From: an uncultured Candidatus Bathyarchaeia archaeon
GTDB lineage: Archaea; Thermoproteota; Bathyarchaeia; TCS64
NCBI GenBank assembly: GCA_964559155.1
Contig: CAZLHA010000003.1
Span: 1 to 40,225 of the forward strand
Reading direction: 5' to 3'
DNA: 40,225 nt
Shown piece after piece: positions 9,472-18,242 of the stretch (positions within the stretch are counted from its first letter, which is position 1; every line of letters starts with the position of its first letter). The notes beneath the pieces were generated by a model. It was given only the letters and a program-made list of their open reading frames with translations, ran no database searches and was not told the origin of the DNA. A program made the translations under genes and the position numbers.

Positions 9472-9500
9472 TTGAAATTTAAAAATAAGGAGCAAAAAAC

Positions 9501-10571
9501 ATGAGTGCGAATATTGATGCAATTCAGTCCGGCAAACCTTTTGGTCAGGTTGCTCAGAAGTATATGGCCGCAGGGCTTTCCGTTGACAATATGCGTCCTT
9601 TCGTTGGCGAGGATCAGGGGTCTTATGTGACCCGGGTTGTCGGCAATGACAGAAAGGCCGTCAACATTCCTCCTCAGACGATAGTGGGTAATGCCACGCT
9701 GAGGCGCGATGAATGGAAAGACCTCGATACGGCTGTTATGAAAGCCGCAAGAGAAAGACTTGTCGGTGTTGGTGATCTTACAAGCCGAGGGCTTGAATAC
9801 AACATTACAAACGGAATGGGTCGAACAGTTCTTGAGTATCATGACATGAACGATCCCGGAGAGGCCGACATTGGTATGTCGCCGGTTGCAAAGGGCAAGA
9901 ACGATGCGCCTGATTACAGCACGAACTATCTGCCGCTGCCCATCATTTACAGTGATTTCACTGTTGATGAACGGCTTTTGCAGACGAGCCGTAACATGGG
10001 CGATTCCATCGACACTACCATGGCGGAATCTGCTGCAAGACGGGTAACGGAAAAGCTCGAAACCCTCTTCTTCACGGACACAAGCTATGCATTCGGTGGT
10101 GGTACGATTTACAGTTACATCAGCCATCCTGACATCAACAGCGTTTCCCTTTCTACAAACTGGGATGCTTCTGATGGTGCCGGTTCAGCCATAATCGACG
10201 ACGTAAGGCAGATGAAAAAGGCAGCCATTGGTGCGAGAAAATATGGCCCCTTTATGCTTTATATCCCGACCGATTATGAAACCATGATGGATCTGGATTA
10301 TTCTTCACAGTACCCGAAGACGATCAAACAGAGAATCCTCGAAATAAGCGGCATTCTTGATGTCAAGGTTGTTGACACTATGCCTGATGACACAGTGCTT
10401 CTGGTCGAGATGACATCCGAGACCGTGCGGCTTATCAACGGCCTCCCTATCAAGGTTGTTCAGTGGGACACTCAGGGTGGAATGATTCATCATTTCAAGG
10501 TTATGACGATTCAGGTGCCGCAGATCCGGTCAGATCAGAACAGCAGAAGCGGTATCGTAAAACTGGCTTAA
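9501..10571 (+). CDS. Major capsid protein, HK97-fold (encapsulin/Linocin_M18-like)
   Basis: AAGGAG RBS, 356 aa. Segments LRRDEWKDLDTAVMKAARERLVGVGDL, LPLPIIYSDFTVDERLL and DTTMAESAARRVTEKLETLFF match the encapsulin-like capsid pattern. Sits at the canonical position. Confidence 0.78.
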   Translation: MSANIDAIQSGKPFGQVAQKYMAAGLSVDNMRPFVGEDQGSYVTRVVGNDRKAVNIPPQTIVGNATLRRDEWKDLDTAVMKAARERLVGVGDLTSRGLEYNITNGMGRTVLEYHDMNDPGEADIGMSPVAKGKNDAPDYSTNYLPLPIIYSDFTVDERLLQTSRNMGDSIDTTMAESAARRVTEKLETLFFTDTSYAFGGGTIYSYISHPDINSVSLSTNWDASDGAGSAIIDDVRQMKKAAIGARKYGPFMLYIPTDYETMMDLDYSSQYPKTIKQRILEISGILDVKVVDTMPDDTVLLVEMTSETVRLINGLPIKVVQWDTQGGMIHHFKVMTIQVPQIRSDQNSRSGIVKLA

Positions 10572-10616
10572 TTCTTTCACAGAATATGTTAATCAAACAT
10601 TTTTTATATAGGAGAT

Positions 10617-11297
10617 TTGGAATTGAAATGGGATATCGGCAAAACACAAACTTTGGATAGAGTCGCCATAATCGGTGGCGGGTGGTCTTTAAAAAATAAA
10701 AACTTGGGGGAGGTCGCTAAAAACATAACGACAATTTGCGTGAATGTCGTTCATGATAGCATTAATATTGATGATCTTGATTTCGTTTTCACCGGGGATT
10801 GCGATCCTTATATGTATATGCGGGGGCAAGATGTCGAAAAGACCACCACAATCGTTACGATGTGTCCTAAAGCCAAGAATAGCGACCTCTCTTATTTTAT
10901 CCCGAGAAATTATGATAAGCTGACCGGGATAAGCGACAACCCGAAAAAACTGTGCTGGAACGAGAACTCAGGCGCTGCCGCCATCGAATTCTCTATTATT
11001 TCCGGTGCTAAAAAGATATATTTGTTCGGATTCGACATGAAGAACAGCCCGTATGGCGAATCCAGATTCCACAGAATTTATCGTGCCCGCGACCCCAAGA
11101 AATATTCATACAACAATCAGCCGAAATACAGTAAGTTTTTCGAGGGTTTCAAACAGATATCCTTGGAAGCCAAAGAGAGAGGGGTCGAGATCATCAATGC
11201 CAACACGGCATCTGCATTGGATGTGTTTGTTAAAATGCCGTTCGACGAAGCGATAGACGAGATAATCGCAAAAGAGACAGAGGAGATTGTATTATGA
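10617..11297 (+). CDS. DUF115/MptE-like (Maf-type) putative glycosyltransferase, paralog 1
   Basis: Motifs VAIIGGGWSL, NSGAAAIEFSIISGAKKIYLFGFDM and VEIINAN. Clear paralog of 11656..12357. The start may be TTG 10623, 7 nt after AGGAGA. Confidence 0.5.
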   Translation: MELKWDIGKTQTLDRVAIIGGGWSLKNKNLGEVAKNITTICVNVVHDSINIDDLDFVFTGDCDPYMYMRGQDVEKTTTIVTMCPKAKNSDLSYFIPRNYDKLTGISDNPKKLCWNENSGAAAIEFSIISGAKKIYLFGFDMKNSPYGESRFHRIYRARDPKKYSYNNQPKYSKFFEGFKQISLEAKERGVEIINANTASALDVFVKMPFDEAIDEIIAKETEEIVL

Positions 11298-11656
11298 CAC
11301 AGGTAAAGATTAAATGGCGGAAAAAAGGCGGTGGTATCCATTATAAAGACGGTAAAAAATATAACAAGGGCGATCTTCTCTGGGCATATCCGGAAGACTT
11401 GACTCCCGGGGATAAAAGTATCTTTGAAAGAGCTGACGGCGCCGCTCCCCAAGATGACAACCCTGCGGAAAAGACACAGCCCGAAGATGCTGGCCTTGAA
11501 ATCGTACACAAAGGCTTTGGCCGGTACAATGTTATTCGCAAAGATACCGAAGAGCCGATCAACAGCAGATATCTGAAAAAGGATGAAGCCCTTGCCCTGC
11601 TTGAAGATGGCGAAAAGGGAGAGGATATCGCAAAGGTTGCATTCGGAGAAGCCTGA
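11294..11656 (+). CDS. Hypothetical protein (120 aa, basic N-terminus, acidic centre)
   Basis: ATGA overlap upstream and TGATG overlap downstream. No motif recognised. Confidence 0.5.
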   Translation: MTQVKIKWRKKGGGIHYKDGKKYNKGDLLWAYPEDLTPGDKSIFERADGAAPQDDNPAEKTQPEDAGLEIVHKGFGRYNVIRKDTEEPINSRYLKKDEALALLEDGEKGEDIAKVAFGEA

Positions 11657-12357
11657 TGCAATGGAAACCAATCAGGATTTGGGACGATGATGAATGCTGG
11701 ATAATCGGTGGCGGATATAGCATAGCGGAACAATTCAATATTCCGTCAAACGTAAAGCCGAAATACCCGTATGATTATCCCGAGTTTGGCAAATATCTTG
11801 AGCCAATACATTCAAAGAAGGTTATAGCGGTCAACAATTCTATGTTTCTCGGGGATTGGATTGATGTTCTCTTTTTTGGAGACAAGTCATGGTGGACACA
11901 GCATCATTTTCAGGTCATTAAGTTCAGCGGGTTGATTGCCACCTGCGCCCCTGAGTTTCGGACAGGTTTCAAGCATATTAAATGTATTCCGAAGAACAAA
12001 AAGAAAGGAACCGGGATGACTTTGAACAAACCGCTTATAAGTTGGAACCACAATTCCGGATTCGCTGCGATCAATCTTGCATATCATCTCGGAGCCAAAA
12101 GAATTATCCTGCTTGGCTTTGATATGAACCGATGTGCAAATACAAACAATATCCATTGGCATGCAGGGCATATCGAGAAAGGCCCTAACAGGGGAAAAGA
12201 TAACTCCAAGCAGCCAAACCCGGTTTTTAATCGTCATATAAAGGGCGAGAAGGATATCGCCAGAGATGCGAAGAAAGCCGGTCTTGAAATTATCAACGCA
12301 AGCCCTGATAGCAGGTTGACAGCTTTTAAAAAAATGAATGTTAAGGAGCTTTTATGA
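11656..12357 (+). CDS. DUF115/MptE-like (Maf-type) putative glycosyltransferase, paralog 2
   Basis: Motifs CWIIGGGYSI, HNSGFAAINLAYHLGAKRIILLGFDM and LEIINAS, in the same order as in 10617..11297. Confidence 0.5.
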   Translation: MQWKPIRIWDDDECWIIGGGYSIAEQFNIPSNVKPKYPYDYPEFGKYLEPIHSKKVIAVNNSMFLGDWIDVLFFGDKSWWTQHHFQVIKFSGLIATCAPEFRTGFKHIKCIPKNKKKGTGMTLNKPLISWNHNSGFAAINLAYHLGAKRIILLGFDMNRCANTNNIHWHAGHIEKGPNRGKDNSKQPNPVFNRHIKGEKDIARDAKKAGLEIINASPDSRLTAFKKMNVKELL

Positions 12358-13136
12358 TACACTTTTGTTCCAGCTTATGCCTCAACAGTCCTTATAAATG
12401 GGCCTATGCCAAAGATTGTCAGAATTACAATGATACAGATACGTATCTCGAATTTGCGACCATGATGCTGAGAAGTGTTTATAAACATCATCCTGACAGC
12501 AGGTTTTATTTGCTCGGGATGAATCTGGATGACGCTCAGGTACAGACCTTAAAGAACGCTCATCCTCTGGTAAACATCCTTCCTTTTCATTTCGGGAAAG
12601 TAACCAATCAGCAGCATTACAAGGGGATAATAGAATGGAACCGGATCGTTTTTATTTGGCAAAAACTTGCGATGGAAAAGGTAGCTATCCCGAAAGGGGA
12701 TATTCTTGTATATCTCGACATTGATTGTCTTCTTCGTGCACCTTTGAAAATTTTCAAATACATGACAGACCTCAAGTTGGATATTGGGGTATTGAAAAGA
12801 AACGCCAAGCAATACGATAAAGAGATCAATATGGGCGTGTTGTTCATTCGGAACACTCAGCCGTCCCGGGACTTTATCTCTGCTTGGATGGACGGGCTTC
12901 CGGCCCCTGAAGGGTTACTGCCTAAACGGGCCGATAGTGAACGCACATATTCTCATTCTCAGGCGATTTTCAATCATTTGATGCAGAGTAAACAGTACAA
13001 AGGAGTCCAATTTTGGCCTTTGCCTACTCAATTCAATGATAAACGTTTGAGCAATGATTCGACGATATGGCATGGAAACCGAGGCAATAAATTTGACAGA
13101 TTAAAAGATTTCAGAAAGGAGATAAGCCAATGGTAA
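12354..13136 (+). CDS. GT-A glycosyltransferase, family 8-like (DxD)
   Basis: LVYLDIDCLL (DxD) and NMGVLFIRN fit the GT8 YLDxD / NxGV pattern. ATGA overlap with the upstream gene. Confidence 0.55.
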   Translation: MIHFCSSLCLNSPYKWAYAKDCQNYNDTDTYLEFATMMLRSVYKHHPDSRFYLLGMNLDDAQVQTLKNAHPLVNILPFHFGKVTNQQHYKGIIEWNRIVFIWQKLAMEKVAIPKGDILVYLDIDCLLRAPLKIFKYMTDLKLDIGVLKRNAKQYDKEINMGVLFIRNTQPSRDFISAWMDGLPAPEGLLPKRADSERTYSHSQAIFNHLMQSKQYKGVQFWPLPTQFNDKRLSNDSTIWHGNRGNKFDRLKDFRKEISQW

Positions 13137-13855
13137 AGAAAGATGAAGAGCTGTTTGCTGAAGATGGAAAAAGCAGATTATTTGAACCGATTTTACTCCA
13201 TACCGTCGGGCATGAAGGGTCATCCAGTGTGATGAGCATTTTAAAGACGTTCGGGCTTTTTCTGGGCACGGATCTCTCTGTCGGCAAGCGCCCGTTCTAT
13301 GAATACAAGCCGATACAGAAAATAAACAAACATATCATACAAGCTAAAGGATTTCCTTATCCATGGGATCTCTCAAAAAGAGGAGAGATATTAAAGCCTT
13401 TTCTGAGGGATTATAAATATATTCAGAAGGTAAGAGGAGACATTGCAAAGAGCATTCTCGATCAGGGTTTTCATATTAAACTTGATGTGCCGTGGGGATG
13501 GAAAGACCCAAGAACAACCATCACCCTTCCTTTCTGGATAAAAGTATTTCCCCGGTGCAAGATAATTTTCCTGAAAAGAGACAAAAAAGATGCGAAGCCG
13601 GGCTGGCATGCTTATGGTGACTGGGGCTATGACTTCTATGACGCTTATCGAAAAGAAGATATGGCGTATGTTTCGGTCGAATCGAACAACGAATATTTTG
13701 TTCTTTCGTATGACGAGCTTTCCAATAATTTCGCTGAAACGTGTAAGAAAATATGTGATTTCATGGAGGTTCCGATTTCAGATGTCAGGATAGATAAGGC
13801 AAGGAGGCTGTGGAAGCCCAAGTATGATGGTAAAATCAAAAATGTTTTTGGTTAG
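13130..13855 (+). CDS. Sulfotransferase-like P-loop protein (weaker paralog of 18230..18982)
   Basis: EPILLHTVGHEGSSSVMSIL sits at the 5'-PSB position and CKIIFLKRDKKD at the 3'-PB position. Both are collinear with the clearer motifs of 18230..18982. Confidence 0.4.
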   Translation: MVKKDEELFAEDGKSRLFEPILLHTVGHEGSSSVMSILKTFGLFLGTDLSVGKRPFYEYKPIQKINKHIIQAKGFPYPWDLSKRGEILKPFLRDYKYIQKVRGDIAKSILDQGFHIKLDVPWGWKDPRTTITLPFWIKVFPRCKIIFLKRDKKDAKPGWHAYGDWGYDFYDAYRKEDMAYVSVESNNEYFVLSYDELSNNFAETCKKICDFMEVPISDVRIDKARRLWKPKYDGKIKNVFG

Positions 13856-13858
13856 AAG

Positions 13859-14092
13859 ATGGGATTAAAAAAAACACACATAGATTTGATTGACAAATAT
13901 CTGTCAAAGAAAGCGAAGACGGCTGTTTCGTTCGGGTATCCTGAGCTGAAATGGGAAAAGGCGCCTGAATCGTATAAGTTTTTCAAGGAGCATCTTGGGC
14001 TGGAGTTGACCGTCTATGATATTAAAAATTACGGGCATGGCGAGCATTATGTTGACCTGAACAGAGCGGTGGTATATGATTCCATCAAGTGA
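13859..14092 (+). CDS. Hypothetical small protein (77 aa)
   Basis: ORF 3 nt after the upstream stop, overlapping the next gene by 17 nt. No confident motif. Confidence 0.35.
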   Translation: MGLKKTHIDLIDKYLSKKAKTAVSFGYPELKWEKAPESYKFFKEHLGLELTVYDIKNYGHGEHYVDLNRAVVYDSIK

Positions 14093-14768
14093 AAACAGCA
14101 GGATATTAATTATAACAGCGCATCCGGATGATGAATTGTTGTCTTGCGGAGGGCTGATATATCAGGAGAGCAAATTTCACAAGATTGATGTCTGTGTTGT
14201 CACTCACAAAGGAGAAAGATGGCAGGATAATTTTTTCAAGGTCTGTGATGAGCTCGGTGCAAACCGGGCGATAAGCCTTGATATCCCTCTCTGGATAAGC
14301 AAGAAAGGCCGTGTTCTATATTTTTTTGACAGGGACGAGTTTGAACTTGCCATCTCGAAGGAGATACCCGGGGATTTCCTCTATGACTATGACCTGTACT
14401 TAACCCATGGGCTTGACGGAGATATTGACAATCATCCTCATCACAAGCATTTGGCAGACATTATTACAAAGAGCTTTTTCGGCAGACAGATATGGCATTT
14501 CATGGCGTTCCCGAGGCTTGGAGTAAAGAGCCACCATCCGTTATACGCATATCATCAGAGTCTTGAATGGCAGGAGTCTTTCTTCAAGAAGGGGTTTCTC
14601 TCACCGAGACTGGCCGAGAGGGTAGACAAGGTTTATCAGCTCGATGAAACGACCGTCATCAAGAAAAAGGCCTTGAAAAAGATATACATGAAAAACAAGG
14701 ATCACGATTACAGGATGGTGAATTATCCTATCGAAATGTTCGTTAAAAATAAGGAGTGTTGCGCTTGA
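14076..14768 (+). CDS. PIG-L / LmbE family N-acetylglucosaminyl deacetylase
   Basis: Canonical RILIITAHPDDELLSCGG motif near the N-terminus, with a downstream His cluster DNHPHHKH. Confidence 0.8.
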   Translation: MIPSSENSRILIITAHPDDELLSCGGLIYQESKFHKIDVCVVTHKGERWQDNFFKVCDELGANRAISLDIPLWISKKGRVLYFFDRDEFELAISKEIPGDFLYDYDLYLTHGLDGDIDNHPHHKHLADIITKSFFGRQIWHFMAFPRLGVKSHHPLYAYHQSLEWQESFFKKGFLSPRLAERVDKVYQLDETTVIKKKALKKIYMKNKDHDYRMVNYPIEMFVKNKECCA

Positions 14769-15784
14769 TTATTGCCGCTGTCATGTATAGTCCGTTTCCT
14801 GTCAATGAAGTCCGTGGGCTATCCGGCTATGGAGGGGCCCCAAGATTTTGGGAAGGCTTTGCACATGGTCTCGATGAAGTGTGCAGGGAGAATGGCCCTC
14901 AGCACGAGCTTTGGATTTTTGCACCGGGGAAATCAACATCTGGAATCTATGCCAACAATTTTGTACGAGCAGGGGGACAACCCCTCGATCTTGATGCGTT
15001 GCTCATAAAACTCAAAGAATTAAACCCTGATATCGTTATAGGCAATCATCCTTATTGCCTGTCAGGTGAAATCGTAGGAGCTTTTCCTCATCTTTGTCGG
15101 ATCGTTGGATATAAAAAACAGCTTGGGAAATATAGATTCTTAAAAAACTTTGTTACGAACAGTTATTTTGGCAGAGCGCATTATAAAAAGAAGAATTGGC
15201 CGGTAATATATCAATGCTGTCATCCGGACGAGGTTGAATTTGTCGGGCATAAACAGGATTATTTTTTATTTATGTCGAATATCACAAGAGGGTTTAAAGA
15301 AAAGGGCCTTCTGACAGCCATTAACCTTGCGAATAAGACAGGCATAGATTTACACATAGTTGGGCCTTCGGGTGGCGACAGATCCTCTTTAAAACGCCTG
15401 AAAAAGATCATCAGCGGGAGGAAAAACATAAAGTATGTCGGGCCGCTGTCAGGTGAAGCAAAAAAGATGGAAATAGCCAATGCGAAAGCTCTGCTGTATC
15501 CGATTGATGACCAATGCAAAGAAATGGGAAGCACTACTGTAATAGAATGTGCATACTGCGGAACACCTGTCATAACCAATGATGTCGGATGCATGCCTGA
15601 ATATGTCTGTCATGGGAGAACCGGGTATCTCTGCAATAATGAAGACGAATATATCAAGGCTATAAACGATATTGAAGATATCAATCCATTCGATTGCTGC
15701 CAATGGGCCGAAACATTGTTTGACTGGCGGGACATTGCAGAAAAATACATTAATCTTTGTCAGGAGATCATAGAAAAAAATTGA
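14756..15784 (+). CDS. GT-B glycosyltransferase, family 4-like
   Basis: TTG start. C-terminal EMGSTTVIECAYCGTPVITNDVGCMPEYVCHGRTGYL matches the GT4 E-x7-E region. Confidence 0.78.
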   Translation: MLRLIIAAVMYSPFPVNEVRGLSGYGGAPRFWEGFAHGLDEVCRENGPQHELWIFAPGKSTSGIYANNFVRAGGQPLDLDALLIKLKELNPDIVIGNHPYCLSGEIVGAFPHLCRIVGYKKQLGKYRFLKNFVTNSYFGRAHYKKKNWPVIYQCCHPDEVEFVGHKQDYFLFMSNITRGFKEKGLLTAINLANKTGIDLHIVGPSGGDRSSLKRLKKIISGRKNIKYVGPLSGEAKKMEIANAKALLYPIDDQCKEMGSTTVIECAYCGTPVITNDVGCMPEYVCHGRTGYLCNNEDEYIKAINDIEDINPFDCCQWAETLFDWRDIAEKYINLCQEIIEKN

Positions 15785-16524
15785 TAACATTCGTCTGCTT
15801 CAAATGGCAATTTAATAATAAGGAATATCAACACCTTCGGAGGCTGAAACAGTTCTCCGGCAAGCATGTGAATATTCTGCACAGGATGGTGTCGAAATAT
15901 TATCGGGACAGGTTCCGGTTCGTGTGCATCACAGACGATGAAAAAGAGATAAGCAGCAAGGTCGATACATTCCCTCTATGGGATGATTACAAGAAACTCG
16001 GCGGCTGTTACTTGAGGCTGAAAATTTTCGACAGAGATTTAAACAGAGAGATAGCGGATGGATCTGATTATATCGTATGCATCGACCTTGATGCTGTTAT
16101 CGTGGATGACATCACATCATTTCTGAATGCACATAAAGGCAGGGGGGATCTTGTCACTTGGCATCGTCCCGGAGAAAATAACCCGTATTGTGGGGCGATA
16201 TGGATGATGCGACCCGGAACATGCAGTTTTTTATGGGAAGATTTTTCAGAACAGAAGATGAAAGCGATAAAGCAGGATACCGTGAAGCCGACAAAAAATC
16301 TCTTGTTGAGCAAAGGGACTGACCAAGCATGGATTAATTATAGACTTGGCGAAGATCATGATGCCTCGGTCAAGTCGTTCGGTTCGGGACTGTATGATTA
16401 TAAACGATTGAATTCAGAAGATGTTTTGCCCAATGATGCCAAGATAGTCTTTTTTAACGGCAGGCGGTATATGCCTGAGAATTTTAAACATTTAAAATGG
16501 GTCAAAGATAATTACAATGGATGA
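15757..16524 (+). CDS. GT-A-like glycosyltransferase (FVCFKW / CITDD / DLDAVIVDD family), paralog 1
   Basis: Motifs ITFVCFKW, FVCITDD and CIDLDAVIVDDI (DxD). The start may instead be TTG 15781, overlapping the upstream TGA. Confidence 0.5.
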   Translation: MSGDHRKKLITFVCFKWQFNNKEYQHLRRLKQFSGKHVNILHRMVSKYYRDRFRFVCITDDEKEISSKVDTFPLWDDYKKLGGCYLRLKIFDRDLNREIADGSDYIVCIDLDAVIVDDITSFLNAHKGRGDLVTWHRPGENNPYCGAIWMMRPGTCSFLWEDFSEQKMKAIKQDTVKPTKNLLLSKGTDQAWINYRLGEDHDASVKSFGSGLYDYKRLNSEDVLPNDAKIVFFNGRRYMPENFKHLKWVKDNYNG

Positions 16525-17122
16525 ACAATTAAATCCATGGACAGTAGAGTCTGGTCTTAAATACTGGTATAAGCACAAGGAATCACATTATATAAACCAG
16601 ATTGCCAAGAAGTATAATAAGTTCGATGTCATGAGAATTATCAAAAAACATTATGGAAAAGACAAAATCCACACTGTCGTGGACATTGCTGGCGGGAAAT
16701 ACGGCGGGTTTCTTTATTTTTTCAAAGAAGGCAAGGAGCGTTATCTTGTAGATATTCTTGCTGGTTATTTCTCCGGAGTGGATGATAAGTTAAACAAGCT
16801 ACCTGATGACGTCACGCCGATTGTTTGTGATTTTACCGGCATGCCTTTCAAAGAAAGCGTAGATATTATGTTCAGTCAGGAATCAATAGATCATTGTGTT
16901 TCGGAGGATCACTACTATGAAAGCATCGACAAAATTGTTGACGCCCTCTCACCCGGTGGCTTGCTTTTCCACGAATGGATGGTTCGCAAAGGTCAAATCG
17001 AAGGGCATTTGATTGTGCGGGATTGCACGGAGGTCATAAAAGATTTCGGGAAACTATCTGTTATTCAGAATCAACGGGTGAAAAAACGATGCTATTTGGT
17101 CTTTAAAAAAGAGGAAAAATGA
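16517..17122 (+). CDS. Class I SAM-dependent methyltransferase
   Basis: Motif I VVDIAGGKYGG, a post-I acidic residue (YLVDIL), and LSPGGLLF. Confidence 0.68.
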   Translation: MDEQLNPWTVESGLKYWYKHKESHYINQIAKKYNKFDVMRIIKKHYGKDKIHTVVDIAGGKYGGFLYFFKEGKERYLVDILAGYFSGVDDKLNKLPDDVTPIVCDFTGMPFKESVDIMFSQESIDHCVSEDHYYESIDKIVDALSPGGLLFHEWMVRKGQIEGHLIVRDCTEVIKDFGKLSVIQNQRVKKRCYLVFKKEEK

Positions 17123-17821
17123 ATGGGAAAAAAGGATAAAAAAAATGCAGTGAACGTGGTCTGTTTTTATTGGCCGGGGAAAGACCGACCAGGCTGGTCG
17201 GACGAAAGCAAAGCCCGGCAATATATTTCCACCTTCTATAGTATGTTCAAGCGAAATACAACGATACCGATAAACGTCCATTGTATTACGACTCTTGAGC
17301 CATTCACCCCGTTCATGACGTTTCATCGGCTTGAATCTCCGAGCTGGAAAGGCTGTCTGCCGAAATATTCCGTGTTCAATAAGGATCTGGGAATCAAAGG
17401 CCGGGTGTTTGCGTGTGACCTTGACGTGGTTGTTGTCGGAAACATGGACGAGATTCTTTCATACGATGGCCCTCTTGCGACTCGCTCTACTTTCGTTGGC
17501 GAGAAACTGTCCGGCGGGGATATGGTGGCTTTTAACGCCGGGTCCGGAGATTATAACTGGATATGGGATGAGTTTCGAGATGACCCGGAAGGTGTCGAGC
17601 AGTTCACCGAGGGCCGGGAGCGATGGTTATATCGGTATCATCCGGAATTAAAAGGCAAATTGGTTTATTTGCAGGATGTTTTCAAAGATCAGATTTACAG
17701 TTACAAAAGGCACATAAAACCAAGGAACACGTTACCAAAGAATGCAAGGATAGTCAGTTGTCATGGCAAGCCTAGGCCGCATGAAATACAAGAGCAATGG
17801 CGGATACAACACTGGAGATGA
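17123..17821 (+). CDS. GT-A-like glycosyltransferase, paralog 2 of 15757..16524
   Basis: Motifs VNVVCFYW, VHCITT, ACDLDVVVVGNM and ARIVSCHG, collinear with paralog 1. Confidence 0.5.
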   Translation: MGKKDKKNAVNVVCFYWPGKDRPGWSDESKARQYISTFYSMFKRNTTIPINVHCITTLEPFTPFMTFHRLESPSWKGCLPKYSVFNKDLGIKGRVFACDLDVVVVGNMDEILSYDGPLATRSTFVGEKLSGGDMVAFNAGSGDYNWIWDEFRDDPEGVEQFTEGRERWLYRYHPELKGKLVYLQDVFKDQIYSYKRHIKPRNTLPKNARIVSCHGKPRPHEIQEQWRIQHWR

Positions 17822-17822
17822 T

Positions 17823-18242
17823 ATGATATTAATAACCGGGTCAGAAGGGTATATCGGCACAAATTTGAAGAATCTCCTGCGATACCAAGGTATTGTCTTT
17901 GAAGGGATTGATAAAAAGATAGGCTATGACGTCCTGCAATATGAGGATTTTAAAGATGTAAATCTGATTGTCCATCTTGCTGCTGTTTCGGGGATACAGG
18001 CTTGTAATAAAGATTTAGACATGGCAATCCGGGATAACATTTCGACTGCGAATCATGTTTTCCGTGGGGCTTTTGCAAATAACATCCCGGTCGTTTTTAC
18101 GTCCTCTCAGGCTGCGAAAAATCCGCTCCTGAATTCATACGCTATGATGAAAAAAATTATCGAGAAGGAGGCTGAGAGGCTGAATGATATGGGGGCGAAG
18201 ATAGAGGATCTCTTCCAACCCAAAATTCAATGGAGCTTTTGA
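17823..18242 (+). CDS. Truncated NAD-dependent epimerase/dehydratase (SDR) - N-terminal Rossmann half only
   Basis: MILITGSEGYIGTNL (GxxGxxG), LAAVSG, and SSQAA...YAMMK (S...YxxxK). The ORF stops about 20 aa after the catalytic YxxxK at 139 aa, whereas extended SDR epimerases are about 300 aa. Confidence 0.6.
   Translation: MILITGSEGYIGTNLKNLLRYQGIVFEGIDKKIGYDVLQYEDFKDVNLIVHLAAVSGIQACNKDLDMAIRDNISTANHVFRGAFANNIPVVFTSSQAAKNPLLNSYAMMKKIIEKEAERLNDMGAKIEDLFQPKIQWSF

Noticed and set aside
9339-10127. 262-aa minus-strand ORF inside the major capsid gene
   Set aside because: It is antisense to a gene with clear capsid motifs and a strong RBS. It has no motif or RBS of its own and breaks the co-oriented operon.
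17763-17822. Upstream extension of the SDR ORF (MASLGRMKYK...)
   Set aside because: It overlaps the end of the preceding GT gene. ATG 17823 immediately follows that gene's stop and yields the canonical MILITGSEGYIG Rossmann start.
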